Shown here: piece after piece, positions 1-10,497 of the stretch
Position numbering within the stretch: the first letter of the stretch is position 1
Layout: each line of letters starts with the position of its first letter
NCBI GenBank assembly: GCA_964406575.1
Contig: CAYOSH010000004.1
Location: 68,189-132,188, forward strand
Direction: 5' to 3'
Source of the DNA: an uncultured Eubacteriales bacterium
GTDB taxonomy: Bacteria; Acidobacteriota; Aminicenantia; Aminicenantales; Aminicenantaceae
DNA length: 64,000 nt
Made by a program: the position numbers and the translations under genes
The notes under the pieces: generated by a model
Told to the model about the DNA's origin: nothing
Seen by the model: only the letters and a program-made list of their open reading frames with translations
Database searches by the model: none

Positions 1-1017
1 AGGTGCTGATGCTAGATAGATCACCGCCTCGGCGAGTGCCAGATCCCCCTCCGGTGAACCGATAAAATCGTACGCCTCTCTTGCATCCAATGCGATAGAG
101 AGGGCTTGGGGGTCTGCCAGTCCGATATCCTCCGAAGCGAACCTGATCAACCTCCTGACGATATAAAGAGGGTCTTCACCGGCAGTCAACATTCTGGCGA
201 GCCAGTAGAGGGAGGCATCCACATCGCTGTTCCTGAGGCTCTTGTGAAGGGCAGAGATGAGGTTGAAATGCTCCTCCCCTTTTTTGTCATAGAGGAGTAT
301 GCGTTTCTGTAAGGCTTCCTTCACTTCTGTTTTTGAAATCCGGCTTTCTTTGGCTAAATACGCAGATATCTCCAGCGTATTCAGTGCTCGTCTGGCGTCC
401 CCGTTGGCATAATCGATGATCATCTTCAAGGCAGTTTTTTCGATCTTCAGGCTCAGTGCTCCCAATCCTCGGTCTTTATCCGAAATCGCCTCCTGAATGA
501 TCTTGATGAGTGTCTCTTCCGATAAAGGATTCAGGACGAGAACTCGAGTCCTAGAGAGAAGAGGAGCAATAACCTCGAAGGAGGGATTTTCTGTGGTGGA
601 TCCAAAAAGTATGATATCACCTCTTTCCACATATGGAAGGAAGGCCGCCTGCTGGGCCTTGTTGAACCTGTGGATCTCATCGATAAAAAGAACTGTGGGC
701 TGGCCATAGAGATTCCTATGGCTTTCCGCCTGGGCCATGACTGTTTTTACATCTTTGATTCCAGAGAGAACAGCGCTGAAAAACAAACAGGGGAAATTGA
801 AGGCATTCGCAAGGATGTAACCCAGAGTTGTTTTCCCCGAACCGGGCGGGCCCCAGAAAATGATCGATACCAGTTGATCGGATTTGATAAGCTGGGAGAG
901 GATCTTTCCCTCACCGATCAAATGTTCCTGCCCATAGAACTGGCTCAGATTTCCAGGCCGCATCCTCTCAGCGAGTGGAGTATGAGTCTTTTCCCCAGTC
1001 TTCATGTTTGTATTCAT
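1..1017 (-). CDS. rarA: Replication-associated recombination protein A (RarA/MgsA AAA+ ATPase), 3' end truncated by window edge
   Basis: Reverse-strand translation from ATG at 1017 gives MNTNMKTGEKTHTPLAERMRPGNLSQFYGQEHL...GPPGSGKTTL (Walker A)...LFIDEIHRFNKAQQ (Walker B/sensor). This is typical RarA. The ORF is open to position 1, so it was absent from the ORF track. Confidence 0.85.
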   Translation of the reverse strand, partial: MNTNMKTGEKTHTPLAERMRPGNLSQFYGQEHLIGEGKILSQLIKSDQLVSIIFWGPPGSGKTTLGYILANAFNFPCLFFSAVLSGIKDVKTVMAQAESHRNLYGQPTVLFIDEIHRFNKAQQAAFLPYVERGDIILFGSTTENPSFEVIAPLLSRTRVLVLNPLSEETLIKIIQEAISDKDRGLGALSLKIEKTALKMIIDYANGDARRALNTLEISAYLAKESRISKTEVKEALQKRILLYDKKGEEHFNLISALHKSLRNSDVDASLYWLARMLTAGEDPLYIVRRLIRFASEDIGLADPQALSIALDAREAYDFIGSPEGDLALAEAVIYLASAP

Positions 1018-1303
1018 CCGAATTATACCAGATTCTCTTCTTTATTTCCGTACCGATGAAGAGAGTATCTGCGTCCGTGCCCATGGTCTGGGGGCTTCAG
1101 CTAGGACAGATTGGGCTCACTCAAGGGATTTCATCGATCAACAATCCCAATCATAGAACTGAAGATGCACTCAATTGCAACTTGACGGCGAAAGGTTACC
1201 GTGCTAATGTAATGATTGATTTTACAGAGAGTTCCATCATGAACGGGTTTCAAAACAAAGGTTGTCCTGTTCATACCTTGATGCTGCGTTGGAAAGATTG
1301 CGG

Positions 1304-1654
1304 ATGAAAAGCAAGACAGAATCTGATAAGTTTGCCTACAAATTGGACGATGTGGCCCGCATTGCTCATCTGGACAAAAAAACCATCGAGTCTTGGGAGA
1401 AAGATTTCTACTTTATACAATCCGGCCAGACCCGTTCCGGACATAAGATCTTCAGAAAAAAAGACTTATCGATCATCCTCAGGCTCAAAGAACTCCTGGA
1501 GAACGAAGGACTCACTCTAGCCGGAGCCAAAAGACAGCTCGAAGAAGAATTAGGGATCAAGAAAACAACAGCTATCCATCCCGATCGGATGAAAAAAGTC
1601 CTCTATAATGTTCGTGAACGGCTGAGGGATATTGCGTCCACCCTAGACGAATAA
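1304..1654 (+). CDS. MerR-family transcriptional regulator (HTH)
   Basis: YKLDDVARIAHLDKKTIESWEKDF...GHKIFRKKDLSIILRLKELLENEGLTLAGAKRQL resembles a MerR HTH plus dimerisation helix. The ORF opens at 1262. The Met at 1304 is an alternative start. Confidence 0.65.
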   Translation: MKSKTESDKFAYKLDDVARIAHLDKKTIESWEKDFYFIQSGQTRSGHKIFRKKDLSIILRLKELLENEGLTLAGAKRQLEEELGIKKTTAIHPDRMKKVLYNVRERLRDIASTLDE

Positions 1655-1718
1655 CCTCACCCTACAAAATTCAAATTCTTCCCTTTCGATCTCATTTATT
1701 TAAAAATGAAGACACTTT

Positions 1719-1727
1719 TGTTATAAT
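1719..1727 (+). promoter_or_regulatory. Putative extended -10 promoter (TGtTATAAT) for tRNA-Pro
   Basis: TGTTATAAT lies about 16 nt upstream of the tRNA 5' end. No clear -35 element. Confidence 0.35.
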
Positions 1728-1742
1728 AGACAGCCTTTAAGT

Positions 1743-1816
1743 CGGGACGTGGCGCAGCCTGGTAGCGCACACGCTTGGGGTGCGTGGGGTCGGCGGTTCA
1801 AATCCGCCCGTCCCGA
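1743..1816 (+). tRNA. tRNA-Pro (anticodon GGG)
   Basis: Hand-folded cloverleaf: acceptor CGGGACG/CGTCCCG, D stem GCGC/GCGC, anticodon stem CACGC/GCGTG with loop TTGGGGT (anticodon GGG), T stem GGCGG/CCGCC with loop TTCAAAT, discriminator A. No CCA is encoded. Confidence 0.9.
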
Positions 1817-1854
1817 TTCTCTCCAATCATTAATAATCCAAAGAGGAGGAAAGT

Positions 1855-2175
1855 GTGGAAGAATTACTGGGGAGAACAATAAAACTCACAGGGCTCGTCA
1901 GTTATCAGAAAGGTTCTGTGATCAGCCGAGAGATTATTGCAAAAAAAACTGGAACCGTGACACTTTTTGCTTTCGATGAGGGCCAAGGCCTATCCGAACA
2001 TACAGCTCCATTTGACGCAACTGTCCTCTGCTTGGAAGGAGAGGTCGATGTCACCATATCCGGGAGATCGATTCGCGTTAGAAAAGATGAAATGATCATC
2101 ATGCCTGCTCATCAACCGCATTCCCTCAAAGCCAGATCGAAATTTAAGATGCTGCTCATCATGATCAGGGCTTAA
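1855..2175 (+). CDS. Cupin-domain protein (cupin_2-like)
   Basis: GTG start 8 nt after an AGGAGGAAAG RBS. A small beta-barrel sequence with the characteristic late-strand motif ([11 protein letters not shown]). Confidence 0.65.
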   Translation: MEELLGRTIKLTGLVSYQKGSVISREIIAKKTGTVTLFAFDEGQGLSEHTAPFDATVLCLEGEVDVTISGRSIRVRKDEMIIMPAHQPHSLKARSKFKMLLIMIRA

Positions 2176-2230
2176 TCCAAGCTCTTCATTAAAAAGCTTA
2201 ACAACATTCAAATCAAAAAGGAACGTCCTA

Positions 2231-4324
2231 TTGAGTAAAAACCGCTTGATTCACGAGAAGAGCCCTTATTTGCTCCAGCATGCCTCGAACCCTGTGGATT
2301 GGTATCCCTGGGGAGAAGAAGCTTTTAAGAGAGCGGAAAAGGAGGATCGCCCCATCTTTCTCTCGATAGGATACTCCACGTGTCATTGGTGTCATGTTAT
2401 GGAAAAGGAATCTTTCGAGGATGGAGAGGTGTCTAAGCTGATGAACAAATTCTTCGTCTCTATCAAAGTAGACCGTGAAGAACGACCGGACATCGACAAC
2501 GTGTACATGAAAATTTGCCAGATGATCACAGGCAGAGGGGGATGGCCTTTGACCATCATTATGACACCTGATAAAAAGCCTTTTTTTGCAGGCACATATC
2601 TGCCCAAACAGAGCCGGTTCAACCAAGTCGGGATGATGGATCTTGTTCCGCGTATCGGAGAGCTATGGGCCAAACAGAGGCGTGATTTGCTGGCATCAGC
2701 GGAAAAGGTCACTCTTGCACTCAGCCAGCAATCTTTTACCTCCAGCGGACACAACCTGGATGAGTCGACCTTGAATTTAGCCTTTCAACATTTGGTTCAA
2801 AGCTTCGACGCCCATTATGGGGGATTCAGTCAAGCTCCCAAATTTCCCACACCCCACAACATCGCATTCTTGCTCCGCTTCTGGAAGCGCACCGGGAATG
2901 AGTCCGCACTTCATATGGTTGAGAAAACCCTCCAGGCCATGAGGTGGGGAGGGATTTTTGACCACCTCGGTTACGGATTTCACCGATACTCGACGGATGC
3001 ACGATGGCTCCTCCCCCACTTTGAAAAGATGCTTTACGATCAAGCACTCTTGGCAATGGCCTACACCGAAACATACCAAGCGACACAAAAGGATCTTTAT
3101 AAGGAAACATCCGAAGAGATCCTCACCTATGTCCTGAGCGACATGAAATCTCCGGAAGGCGCTTTCTACTCTGCTGAAGATGCTGATAGTGAAGGTCAAG
3201 AGGGGAAATTTTACACGTGGCAATGGAGAGAACTGCAGAGATATCTCACTAAAGAGCAATTCAAGTGCGCAGCCACCGTGTTCAACCTTCGAGAGGATGG
3301 GAATTTTTCCGAAGAAGTGACCGGTAAAAAGACCGGAGTGAATATTCTCCATATGACGAGCTCAATGGCAGACTCAGCGGAAAAACTGAAGATGAGCGTA
3401 AAAGATTTACAGACCGGATTGGAGGACATCAGGAAAACATTGTTGGAACAGAGAGAAAAGCGGGAACGTCCCCTCAGAGACGATAAAATACTGACAGACT
3501 GGAACGGCCTGATGATCGCGGCTCTTGCTTCGGCGGCGCAGGCCTTCGGCGCCCAGAAATACACAGAGGCTGCAGAAAAGGCTTCCGATTTTGTATTCCG
3601 TCATCTCAGACAAAAAGATGGCTGCCTCTTGCATCGATACAGGAAGGGAGAATCGGGGATCAGCGCTTATGCCGATGATTATGCGTTTATGATCTCTGGA
3701 CAGATCGAACTCTACAGAGCATCATTCGATGAGAAACACTTGAAGAGAGCACTGGATCTGAACGATTATTTTACCAGACATTTTTGGGACGAAAAAAAGG
3801 GGGCTTTTTTCTTCACTCCTGACACCAGCGACACTCTTTTTATCCGGCAGAAAGAGAGCACAGACGGGGCGATCCCTTCGAGCAACTCTGTGGCTATGAT
3901 GAACTTGCTTCGTCTCAGCAGGATGACAGGGCGCTTAGAATTTGAGGACAAAGCGGCTCGAATATCCGATTGTATTTCAGGGAATGTCTCGTTGCATCCA
4001 TCGGCATACACCCAGATGCTGTGTGCGATCGATTTTGCTCTCGGACCGTCTCATGAAATCGTCATCGCCGGACAACCAGGAGCTGAAGATACTCAACGAT
4101 TGATCAGGACACTCCGGGAGAAATTCATCCCCAATGCGGTCACTCTCTTTGTGCCAGCGGATAGGGATAATCCAGAGATTTACAGGCTGGCTCCCTTCGC
4201 ATCGCAACACCCTCGCGCCAAGGAAAAAGCCACAGCTTATGTCTGTTCTCACTTCACCTGCAAGCAGTCCACATCTGACCCTGCTCTTATGCTTGAATAC
4301 TTAGGCTTCAAATCCAAGATCTGA
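2231..4324 (+). CDS. yyaL: Thioredoxin-domain protein YyaL (DUF255 N-terminus plus six-hairpin glycosidase-like C-domain)
   Basis: N-terminus [22 protein letters not shown]...[23 protein letters not shown] has the YyaL/SSP411 signature with a CxxC motif. Length 697 aa. Confidence 0.85.
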   Translation: MSKNRLIHEKSPYLLQHASNPVDWYPWGEEAFKRAEKEDRPIFLSIGYSTCHWCHVMEKESFEDGEVSKLMNKFFVSIKVDREERPDIDNVYMKICQMITGRGGWPLTIIMTPDKKPFFAGTYLPKQSRFNQVGMMDLVPRIGELWAKQRRDLLASAEKVTLALSQQSFTSSGHNLDESTLNLAFQHLVQSFDAHYGGFSQAPKFPTPHNIAFLLRFWKRTGNESALHMVEKTLQAMRWGGIFDHLGYGFHRYSTDARWLLPHFEKMLYDQALLAMAYTETYQATQKDLYKETSEEILTYVLSDMKSPEGAFYSAEDADSEGQEGKFYTWQWRELQRYLTKEQFKCAATVFNLREDGNFSEEVTGKKTGVNILHMTSSMADSAEKLKMSVKDLQTGLEDIRKTLLEQREKRERPLRDDKILTDWNGLMIAALASAAQAFGAQKYTEAAEKASDFVFRHLRQKDGCLLHRYRKGESGISAYADDYAFMISGQIELYRASFDEKHLKRALDLNDYFTRHFWDEKKGAFFFTPDTSDTLFIRQKESTDGAIPSSNSVAMMNLLRLSRMTGRLEFEDKAARISDCISGNVSLHPSAYTQMLCAIDFALGPSHEIVIAGQPGAEDTQRLIRTLREKFIPNAVTLFVPADRDNPEIYRLAPFASQHPRAKEKATAYVCSHFTCKQSTSDPALMLEYLGFKSKI

Positions 4325-4496
4325 GTTTCATGATGGAAACACGATCAGGCTATTGCCATATCAAGAGTCCCCGCTGAATCGCTCACAAAGATTCGGAGAG
4401 GCTTAAGAGAGGAATAAATGTATTCCATTATCACTGATGGAGTGCTAAAATGCATTTTCACGATTTTGGAGAGGCTTTCGATAGACCAACATAATA

Positions 4497-5279
4497 ATGA
4501 CGCCCCATAAACCCCTGATACTCCTGACTAACGATGACGGCTTCTTTTCCGAAGGATTGGAGAGCCTTGCAGCGTCTCTGCAAGACCTGGCTCAGACTTT
4601 TATTGTTGCTCCCGACAGAGAGAGGAGTGCCACCTCGCTTGCGCTGAGCCTCCACCGGCCATTAAGAATAAAAAAAATTCGAAAGAATATTTACGCTATA
4701 GATGGAACGCCAGCAGATTGTGTGTACATGGCTGTCCAAAAATTGCTGCCGTACAAACCTGATCTGCTGATCTCCGGTCCCAATCCCGGCCCAAACCTCG
4801 GGCAACAAGATACTTCCTATTCAGGAACGGTTGCTGGAGCACTCCAGGGAACTTTTTTACAGATCCCCAGTGTAGCCATCTCATTCCTCCATGATGCAGA
4901 GAGAAATTTTCACACCCAACACGCAGTCAAAGTCTCCCTGGTTTTGGTCAAAAGAATCCTCCAAAACCCTCCCGAGGACGGCATTACACTAAACATCAAC
5001 ATTCCCCCTCCTCCTATCAAGGGAATCAAGGTCGTCAAGCTCGGACAGAAGAGATACAACCCCGAAATCATCGAAAAAAAGGATCCGAGAAATCGCACCT
5101 ACTACTGGATAGGAACAGGACAGCCCAAAGCCATCGGAGATCAGGATAGTGATGTCATGGTTATCAAAAAAGGTTATGTCACCATAACTCCACTTCACAA
5201 AGATATGACAGATTACTCGACAATCGAGAAAAAAGACTTCCAGGATATTTATGATTCAATACAAGATGAAATTTCTTAG
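4497..5279 (+). CDS. surE: 5'/3'-nucleotidase SurE
   Basis: ILLTNDDGFFSEGLESL...IVAPDRERSATSLALSLHRPLR...IDGTPADCV are canonical SurE motifs. Confidence 0.9.
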   Translation: MTPHKPLILLTNDDGFFSEGLESLAASLQDLAQTFIVAPDRERSATSLALSLHRPLRIKKIRKNIYAIDGTPADCVYMAVQKLLPYKPDLLISGPNPGPNLGQQDTSYSGTVAGALQGTFLQIPSVAISFLHDAERNFHTQHAVKVSLVLVKRILQNPPEDGITLNINIPPPPIKGIKVVKLGQKRYNPEIIEKKDPRNRTYYWIGTGQPKAIGDQDSDVMVIKKGYVTITPLHKDMTDYSTIEKKDFQDIYDSIQDEIS

Positions 5280-5292
5280 GCTAGCTACCCGA

Positions 5293-5877
5293 TTAAAAAA
5301 GCAAGGTCAAAACGCTGACCACAATTCCTGCAATTGTCACACCTAAAAGGATAGCAGGAAAAGCATAACGAGATTTGATGTCAAATATTACAGCTGCAAC
5401 AGAGCCCGTCCAAGCTCCCGTGACAGGCAAAGGAATTGCCACAAACAATGTCAGACCAATCGCACCCAATTTCATCACTTTTTTGCTTCTCTTGTATGTT
5501 CGTGCATAAAACCAAGAAAAAAAATTATTAAATATTTTTATGCGAGACAAAGCTCGTCTTATGGGCTCTATAAAGTAGATTATCGGAAGAATAGGAATCA
5601 TATTCCCGAGCCAAGATATGATAAAAGCTTTTACTATTGGCATCTTAAAATGCAGAACGGCCAGGGGAATAGCCCCTCTCAGCTCAAAAATCGGGGTCAT
5701 GCTGACTAAAAAGGTTATAAGTTCCTTATTTAATTGAAGACTCTTCAAGAATTCAACAAAATCATTTAGCATAGCACTTACTATATTGAATAAAAAAATA
5801 TTGTCAATGTTTGGGCAGATTATGTAAAACCGTAAAGATGAGGAATATCTTCCAGGAATAAAATGGTATACTAACAT
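5293..5877 (-). CDS. Small polytopic membrane protein, COG2426 / small multidrug-export-like family (tentative)
   Basis: Four or five hydrophobic segments. An ELRGAIPLAV-type motif, recalled from small multidrug-export-like proteins, is present. Divergent from the PflX-like gene. Confidence 0.45.
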   Translation of the reverse strand: MLVYHFIPGRYSSSLRFYIICPNIDNIFLFNIVSAMLNDFVEFLKSLQLNKELITFLVSMTPIFELRGAIPLAVLHFKMPIVKAFIISWLGNMIPILPIIYFIEPIRRALSRIKIFNNFFSWFYARTYKRSKKVMKLGAIGLTLFVAIPLPVTGAWTGSVAAVIFDIKSRYAFPAILLGVTIAGIVVSVLTLLF

Positions 5878-5903
5878 GATATATTGCCATTGAAGACCGG
5901 AAA

Positions 5904-6899
5904 ATGAACATTGAGGAAAAATTGGTTTGTCTCGACCGTGCGTTAAAAAACCTTTTAGAAAATGAACAAAGCTGTAGACTATGCCCCAGAGAATGTGGTG
6001 TTAACAGAGAAAAAGGAGAACGAGGATTTTGTAAAACCGGTATCCAGGCTTCCTTATCCCATGCTCTGCTCCATTACGGCGAAGAACCTGTTCTGAGCGG
6101 TATTGCCAACTGTCGCGATAAAAGTGCTTCAGGGCAAGCATGCGGATCCGGAACTGTCTTTTTTTCAGGTTGTCACCTCAAGTGCGTATTCTGTCAGAAC
6201 TATCAGCTGAGCTGGGAGCACAGAGGAGAGTGCGTGTCTGAGGAAGATCTCGCCCAAATGATGTTGCGGCTTCAAGCGAACGGTGCTCTCAATATCAACT
6301 TGGTCTCTCCCACTCATTTGATCCTGCCAATCCTCAAAGCTCTCAGGATTGCTATCCGCAGAGGTCTTGACTTACCGGTCGTCTACAACTCGAATGGCTA
6401 CGAAAAAGCCGACATCCTCAGAAATCTAGAGGGGATCGTTGATATTTATCTGCCGGATATCAAGTTTTTTTCCGACGATCTTGCAAAACACCTTTCGGGT
6501 GTCTCTGATTATTTCTTTTTTGCACACACCGCTGTTTGCGAGATGTACATGCAAAAACCAGCTCTGATTCTAGATAAGAGGGGAACAGCGAAGGAGGGAC
6601 TTATCATCCGGCATTTGATCCTTCCTGACCAAACCGAGGATTCCCTGCACATACTGGATTGGATCGCCCATAATCTTTCTACCTCCATATGCCTGAGTCT
6701 CATGAGCCAGTATCAGCCCTGTTTCAAAGCTCCCCCTGAGTTCCAAAAACCGATCTCGTCCGAAGAATTTTTCATGGTACTGGATAGAGCTCAAAACCTC
6801 GGATTCCAGAGGATCTTCTCCCAGGCCGAACTGTTCACGTCCGAGGAGCCATTGACCCCAGATTTTAGCCGTAAAAAACCTTTCCACTGGAAAGGCTAA
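5904..6899 (+). CDS. Radical SAM protein, PflX-like (pyruvate-formate-lyase-activating-enzyme homolog, COG1313)
   Basis: CxxxCxxC radical SAM cluster motif GCHLKCVFCQNYQ. Overall architecture resembles PflX/YjjW-type activases. Confidence 0.7.
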   Translation: MNIEEKLVCLDRALKNLLENEQSCRLCPRECGVNREKGERGFCKTGIQASLSHALLHYGEEPVLSGIANCRDKSASGQACGSGTVFFSGCHLKCVFCQNYQLSWEHRGECVSEEDLAQMMLRLQANGALNINLVSPTHLILPILKALRIAIRRGLDLPVVYNSNGYEKADILRNLEGIVDIYLPDIKFFSDDLAKHLSGVSDYFFFAHTAVCEMYMQKPALILDKRGTAKEGLIIRHLILPDQTEDSLHILDWIAHNLSTSICLSLMSQYQPCFKAPPEFQKPISSEEFFMVLDRAQNLGFQRIFSQAELFTSEEPLTPDFSRKKPFHWKG

Positions 6900-6969
6900 A
6901 ATCCTGTAATACACATAGATTATTCACAGGTTCAGTTATTATTTTTCCAAGCATGAAAGAGGTGCTTAA

Positions 6970-7773
6970 ATGAAACGAATTGGGTTTGTAGTTTTGTTCC
7001 TTGTTTTTCTGACTCCGGCCTTCGCCGATCAAAAAAGACCTTCTGTGAATATCGAAGACCTCACCTGGATAGAGGCGGAAAAGGTTTTAAAGACTTACGA
7101 CGTGGTTCTCATTGCACTCGGTGCGAGGTCAAAAGAGCATGGCCCCCACCTCCTTTTGAAAAACGATTTCCTCATGGCTGAATACCTCAAAAACCGGGTC
7201 ATTCAAGAAGTTCCTGTGGTCGTTCTCCCCACCCTTCAGTATGGCTATTATCCCGCTTTCCTCGAATACCCTGGCTCGGTCTCACTGAGTGCAGAGACAT
7301 TTAAAAACGTTGTCGTTGAAATCTGTATGTCGATGAGCGGATACGGCATTCGGAAGTTTTATATACTCAACACAGGTGTTTCCACACTCCGTCCCCTTCA
7401 GAGTGCAGCAGCAGAGCTCAAGAAAAAAGGCGTAATTCTCCGCTATTTTGATATCCTGGAGGCTGACTCAAAAATTCCATCAGGATACTTGAAACAAGAA
7501 GGGGGAACGCATGCTGATGAGGGAGAAACATCCATGATGCTCTACATCTCGCCGGAATCTGTCGATATGAGCAAAACCGTCAAGGATTATGACGCGAGGC
7601 CCAACAGAAAAGGGCTGACGAGAGACCCTGATGGCCCGGGCCACTACAGCCCTACGGGAATATGGGGAGACCCGACTCTAGCAACTCGGGAAAAAGGAAA
7701 GATCATCGTGGAGACCACAGTGAAGGAGATCGTCAAGGAGGTCCGGGAGCTCATCAACCTAAAACTCGATTAA
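6970..7773 (+). CDS. Creatininase-family amidohydrolase with N-terminal signal peptide
   Basis: Signal peptide MKRIGFVVLFLVFLTPAFA. LIALGARSKEHGPHLLL...LPTLQYGYYPAFLEYPGS...GGTHADEGETS matches creatinine amidohydrolase family motifs. Confidence 0.7.
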   Translation: MKRIGFVVLFLVFLTPAFADQKRPSVNIEDLTWIEAEKVLKTYDVVLIALGARSKEHGPHLLLKNDFLMAEYLKNRVIQEVPVVVLPTLQYGYYPAFLEYPGSVSLSAETFKNVVVEICMSMSGYGIRKFYILNTGVSTLRPLQSAAAELKKKGVILRYFDILEADSKIPSGYLKQEGGTHADEGETSMMLYISPESVDMSKTVKDYDARPNRKGLTRDPDGPGHYSPTGIWGDPTLATREKGKIIVETTVKEIVKEVRELINLKLD

Positions 7774-7941
7774 ACTTCCATACCAACTGGGGAAGGATCC
7801 ATTTTTCGATTTCAAAGCTCACTGTTCATCTGGGAGCATCTCGGAAATAAGGATGTTTGCTTCATTTTAAAAAATAGACAAACGCCGCTCAAAAATGATA
7901 TGTACAAGGATTGAATTGAGGATGGTTATTGAGCGCATAAA

Positions 7942-9162
7942 ATGAAAATCCTCCTGACGTGCAAAGAATTTCCTCACTCCAAAGTGATCGGCGGGCCGAT
8001 CATCATCTACAATCGTCTGAAGCACCTCTCCAAGAACCATCTGGTCTCGCTGGCCGCTTTTTCTAGAGAAGAAGATAAAGCATTCATCCCCACGGTTGAA
8101 GGTTACTGCCATGACCTAAAACTCATCCCCCTTCCCCCAAAGCGATCCCGGTTTGAAGCAACGAAAGACTTTTTGTTCTCCCCGATCCCCCATTATTTTC
8201 TCCGAGTCCACGATTCTCCTGAGATGTCCAATGCGATCGCCGAGATGGTCGCCAAGGACCACTATGATTTTGTCATTGCGGAATACTCGGTGATGGGCCA
8301 GTTTATCCATAGGAATCCACTTCTGCCGCCAGTTCGCCGAGTCATCTCGGTCCATGAATGCTATTATCAGGCTCGCCTCAAAGACTTCCGCTATTATAAT
8401 TTGGGCTGGAAAAAGCTCAAAGAGCTCATCAACCTCAAAGGACTGAAGCGCTACGAATTCGAGATGTATGCCCAAGCCGACAAGGTGCTCACTCTCACCG
8501 TTCAGGGGAAAGAAGAGCTCCTGAAGATCCGGCCGGACCTGGATATCGATGTCGTTCCCCACGGAGTCGACGTGGAACACTTCGCTTATTCGAACCCGGA
8601 GGATACGGAACAGAATGTCGTTTTTGTAGGGAATTACCTTCACTACCCAAATGTGAACGCTGTTCTCTATTTTTATCAAGAGATTTGGCCAAAGGTGAAA
8701 GCGCTGCTTCCCGAATTGAAATTCACCATCGTGGGACAAGCTCCCCCTCCTGAAATACAAAACCTGTCCCAGGACAACTCCATAGTCGTCACAGGAAGAG
8801 TGGACGATGTGACTCCCTATTTGCGCAAAGGACATATTTTTATCTGTCCGGTCCGATTGGGAGGAGGTTTTAGGGGAAAGATACTGGAAGCCATGGCAGT
8901 GGGAAGGCCGATCGTCTCCACATCACTCGGAGCCGAGGGCATCCCCAGCGCAAACGGGAAGAACATCATCATCGCAGACAGTCCGGAGGACTTTGCCGCT
9001 GGGATAGAAAAACTCATGAAAGACAAGGTTCTCTACCAAAATATCAGACAAGAGGCAAGAAAACTCGTTGAGGAGAAATATGCCTGGGCCAAGGGCGTTG
9101 AGGTTTTGGAAAACATTCTTGAAGAGATGATGAAAAAACCACCATCCAAACAATGCGAGTGA
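7942..9162 (+). CDS. Glycosyltransferase family 4 (GT-B, retaining)
   Basis: C-terminal FICPVRLGGGFRGKILEAMAVGRPIVSTSLGAEGI resembles the GT4/GT1 E-x7-E nucleotide-sugar binding region. Confidence 0.85.
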   Translation: MKILLTCKEFPHSKVIGGPIIIYNRLKHLSKNHLVSLAAFSREEDKAFIPTVEGYCHDLKLIPLPPKRSRFEATKDFLFSPIPHYFLRVHDSPEMSNAIAEMVAKDHYDFVIAEYSVMGQFIHRNPLLPPVRRVISVHECYYQARLKDFRYYNLGWKKLKELINLKGLKRYEFEMYAQADKVLTLTVQGKEELLKIRPDLDIDVVPHGVDVEHFAYSNPEDTEQNVVFVGNYLHYPNVNAVLYFYQEIWPKVKALLPELKFTIVGQAPPPEIQNLSQDNSIVVTGRVDDVTPYLRKGHIFICPVRLGGGFRGKILEAMAVGRPIVSTSLGAEGIPSANGKNIIIADSPEDFAAGIEKLMKDKVLYQNIRQEARKLVEEKYAWAKGVEVLENILEEMMKKPPSKQCE

Positions 9163-9178
9163 ACAAGAGGAAAAAAGC

Positions 9179-10405
9179 ATGAAAACGACGATGGTTATTC
9201 CCAGCTACTGGGGAAGGAAGAGGAAAGAGGGATGGAAAAGCACAGATTCGGTGTACGATCATCCCACGCCTCTGGATGAAGACGGAACCCTCCGTCGCGC
9301 TCTAGACAGTCTTGCTGTTCTCGAAAATAAAGACTTCGACCTGATCATACTCGGTGTCGCGACAGCAGAGGACATCGAGGAAGAAGTGGAACAACGATTG
9401 GCGGCAATTATCCAGGAAACGAATCCAGCTGTCCGTACGCACCTCTTTTCCTACAGCCAATTGAAACAGGTTCATGTCTATCTCAAACAAAACGGCCATG
9501 ACGATCTCATCCCTCTCCTTCAGCTGGATGGGTACTCGAACGTGAGAAACCTGTGTGTGTTCGTGCCCCATCTTTTAGGCTCCGAGATATCAGTCCTTAT
9601 AGACGACGATGAAATATTCGAGGACACACAATTCATGGAGAAAGCGCGAGAATACATCGGCCGTACCTTCGCTGACGAACGCGTGTTAGCCGTGGCCGGA
9701 TACTACCTAAATCCTGACGACGATTTTTTCCTCCATAAAGAATTCCATCCTTGGATGACCTACTGGGACAAATTTGATTGTATGAACCGCGCGTTTGATG
9801 AGATTATTGCCCGAGAGGCACGTCTAAAAGTGACACCTTTTGCTTTTGGTGGAAACATGGTCATCCATCGCGATCTCTTCACTCTCGTCCCCTTTGACCC
9901 CTCTATTCCTCGGGGAGAAGACATCGATTTCCTCATCAACGCCAGGATGTTCGGGTTTAAAACTTATCTGGACAACACACTCTCTATCAAACATAAACCT
10001 CCTCCAAAAACCTATCCGACATGGCGGAGGGTGCGCGAAGATATCCTCAGATTTGTCTTCGAAAAAAACAAGCTCGAAGCACAGGAAGCCCTCCCAGAAA
10101 TGTTCAGGATCTCAGCTGAGGACCTGGACCCTTATCCTGGAGAATTCTTGAAAGAAGATCTGGAAGAAAAGGTGTTTTGGTCCAACCAGATGCTCGCCAT
10201 CGACTATCTCAGGCAAGGTGATGGCGCGGCGGCTGAAGAGTGTATGGAAAACATCTCTATGACCCACAAAAGCCTGAAATCAGCAAAAAATTCCTTCAAA
10301 GCGCTTCTCCATTTCCAGAAAAAATGGGAGGACCTTATGGATATCTTTTCTCCGGATAAGGTGGCTCAGGAGGTGTGCAACCTCATCGAACTCCCTAGGA
10401 GCTAA
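9179..10405 (+). CDS. Glycosyltransferase, GT2-like GT-A fold (divergent)
   Basis: Starts MVIPSYW with an early acidic stretch DEDG. Has a DxD-like LIDDDEIFED and a late motif AFGGNMVIHRDLF...GEDIDFLINARMFGFK. The late motif resembles the GT2 G-x-RR-x-F ... GED-x-D-L-x-R signature. Immediately follows the GT4 gene. Confidence 0.5.
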   Translation: MKTTMVIPSYWGRKRKEGWKSTDSVYDHPTPLDEDGTLRRALDSLAVLENKDFDLIILGVATAEDIEEEVEQRLAAIIQETNPAVRTHLFSYSQLKQVHVYLKQNGHDDLIPLLQLDGYSNVRNLCVFVPHLLGSEISVLIDDDEIFEDTQFMEKAREYIGRTFADERVLAVAGYYLNPDDDFFLHKEFHPWMTYWDKFDCMNRAFDEIIAREARLKVTPFAFGGNMVIHRDLFTLVPFDPSIPRGEDIDFLINARMFGFKTYLDNTLSIKHKPPPKTYPTWRRVREDILRFVFEKNKLEAQEALPEMFRISAEDLDPYPGEFLKEDLEEKVFWSNQMLAIDYLRQGDGAAAEECMENISMTHKSLKSAKNSFKALLHFQKKWEDLMDIFSPDKVAQEVCNLIELPRS

Positions 10406-10497
10406 CGCGTTTGCCGATCTTTGATTTTGAAAGGAGAAGTTGAACTGGATTATTCACGCATCGAGTTTGCCGTAGAGCTGAGGCGCAAAGGATGCAG

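Noticed and set aside
2228-3634. Several antisense ORFs (132, 120, 191, 94, 117 and 75 aa) overlapping the yyaL coding region
   Set aside because: They are entirely contained in, and antisense to, a strongly supported 697-aa gene with clear YyaL motifs. They have no RBS or motif support.
1743-4324. Genomic island downstream of tRNA-Pro
   Set aside because: The downstream genes (cupin, yyaL, surE) are housekeeping-like. There is no integrase and no duplicated tRNA 3' end.
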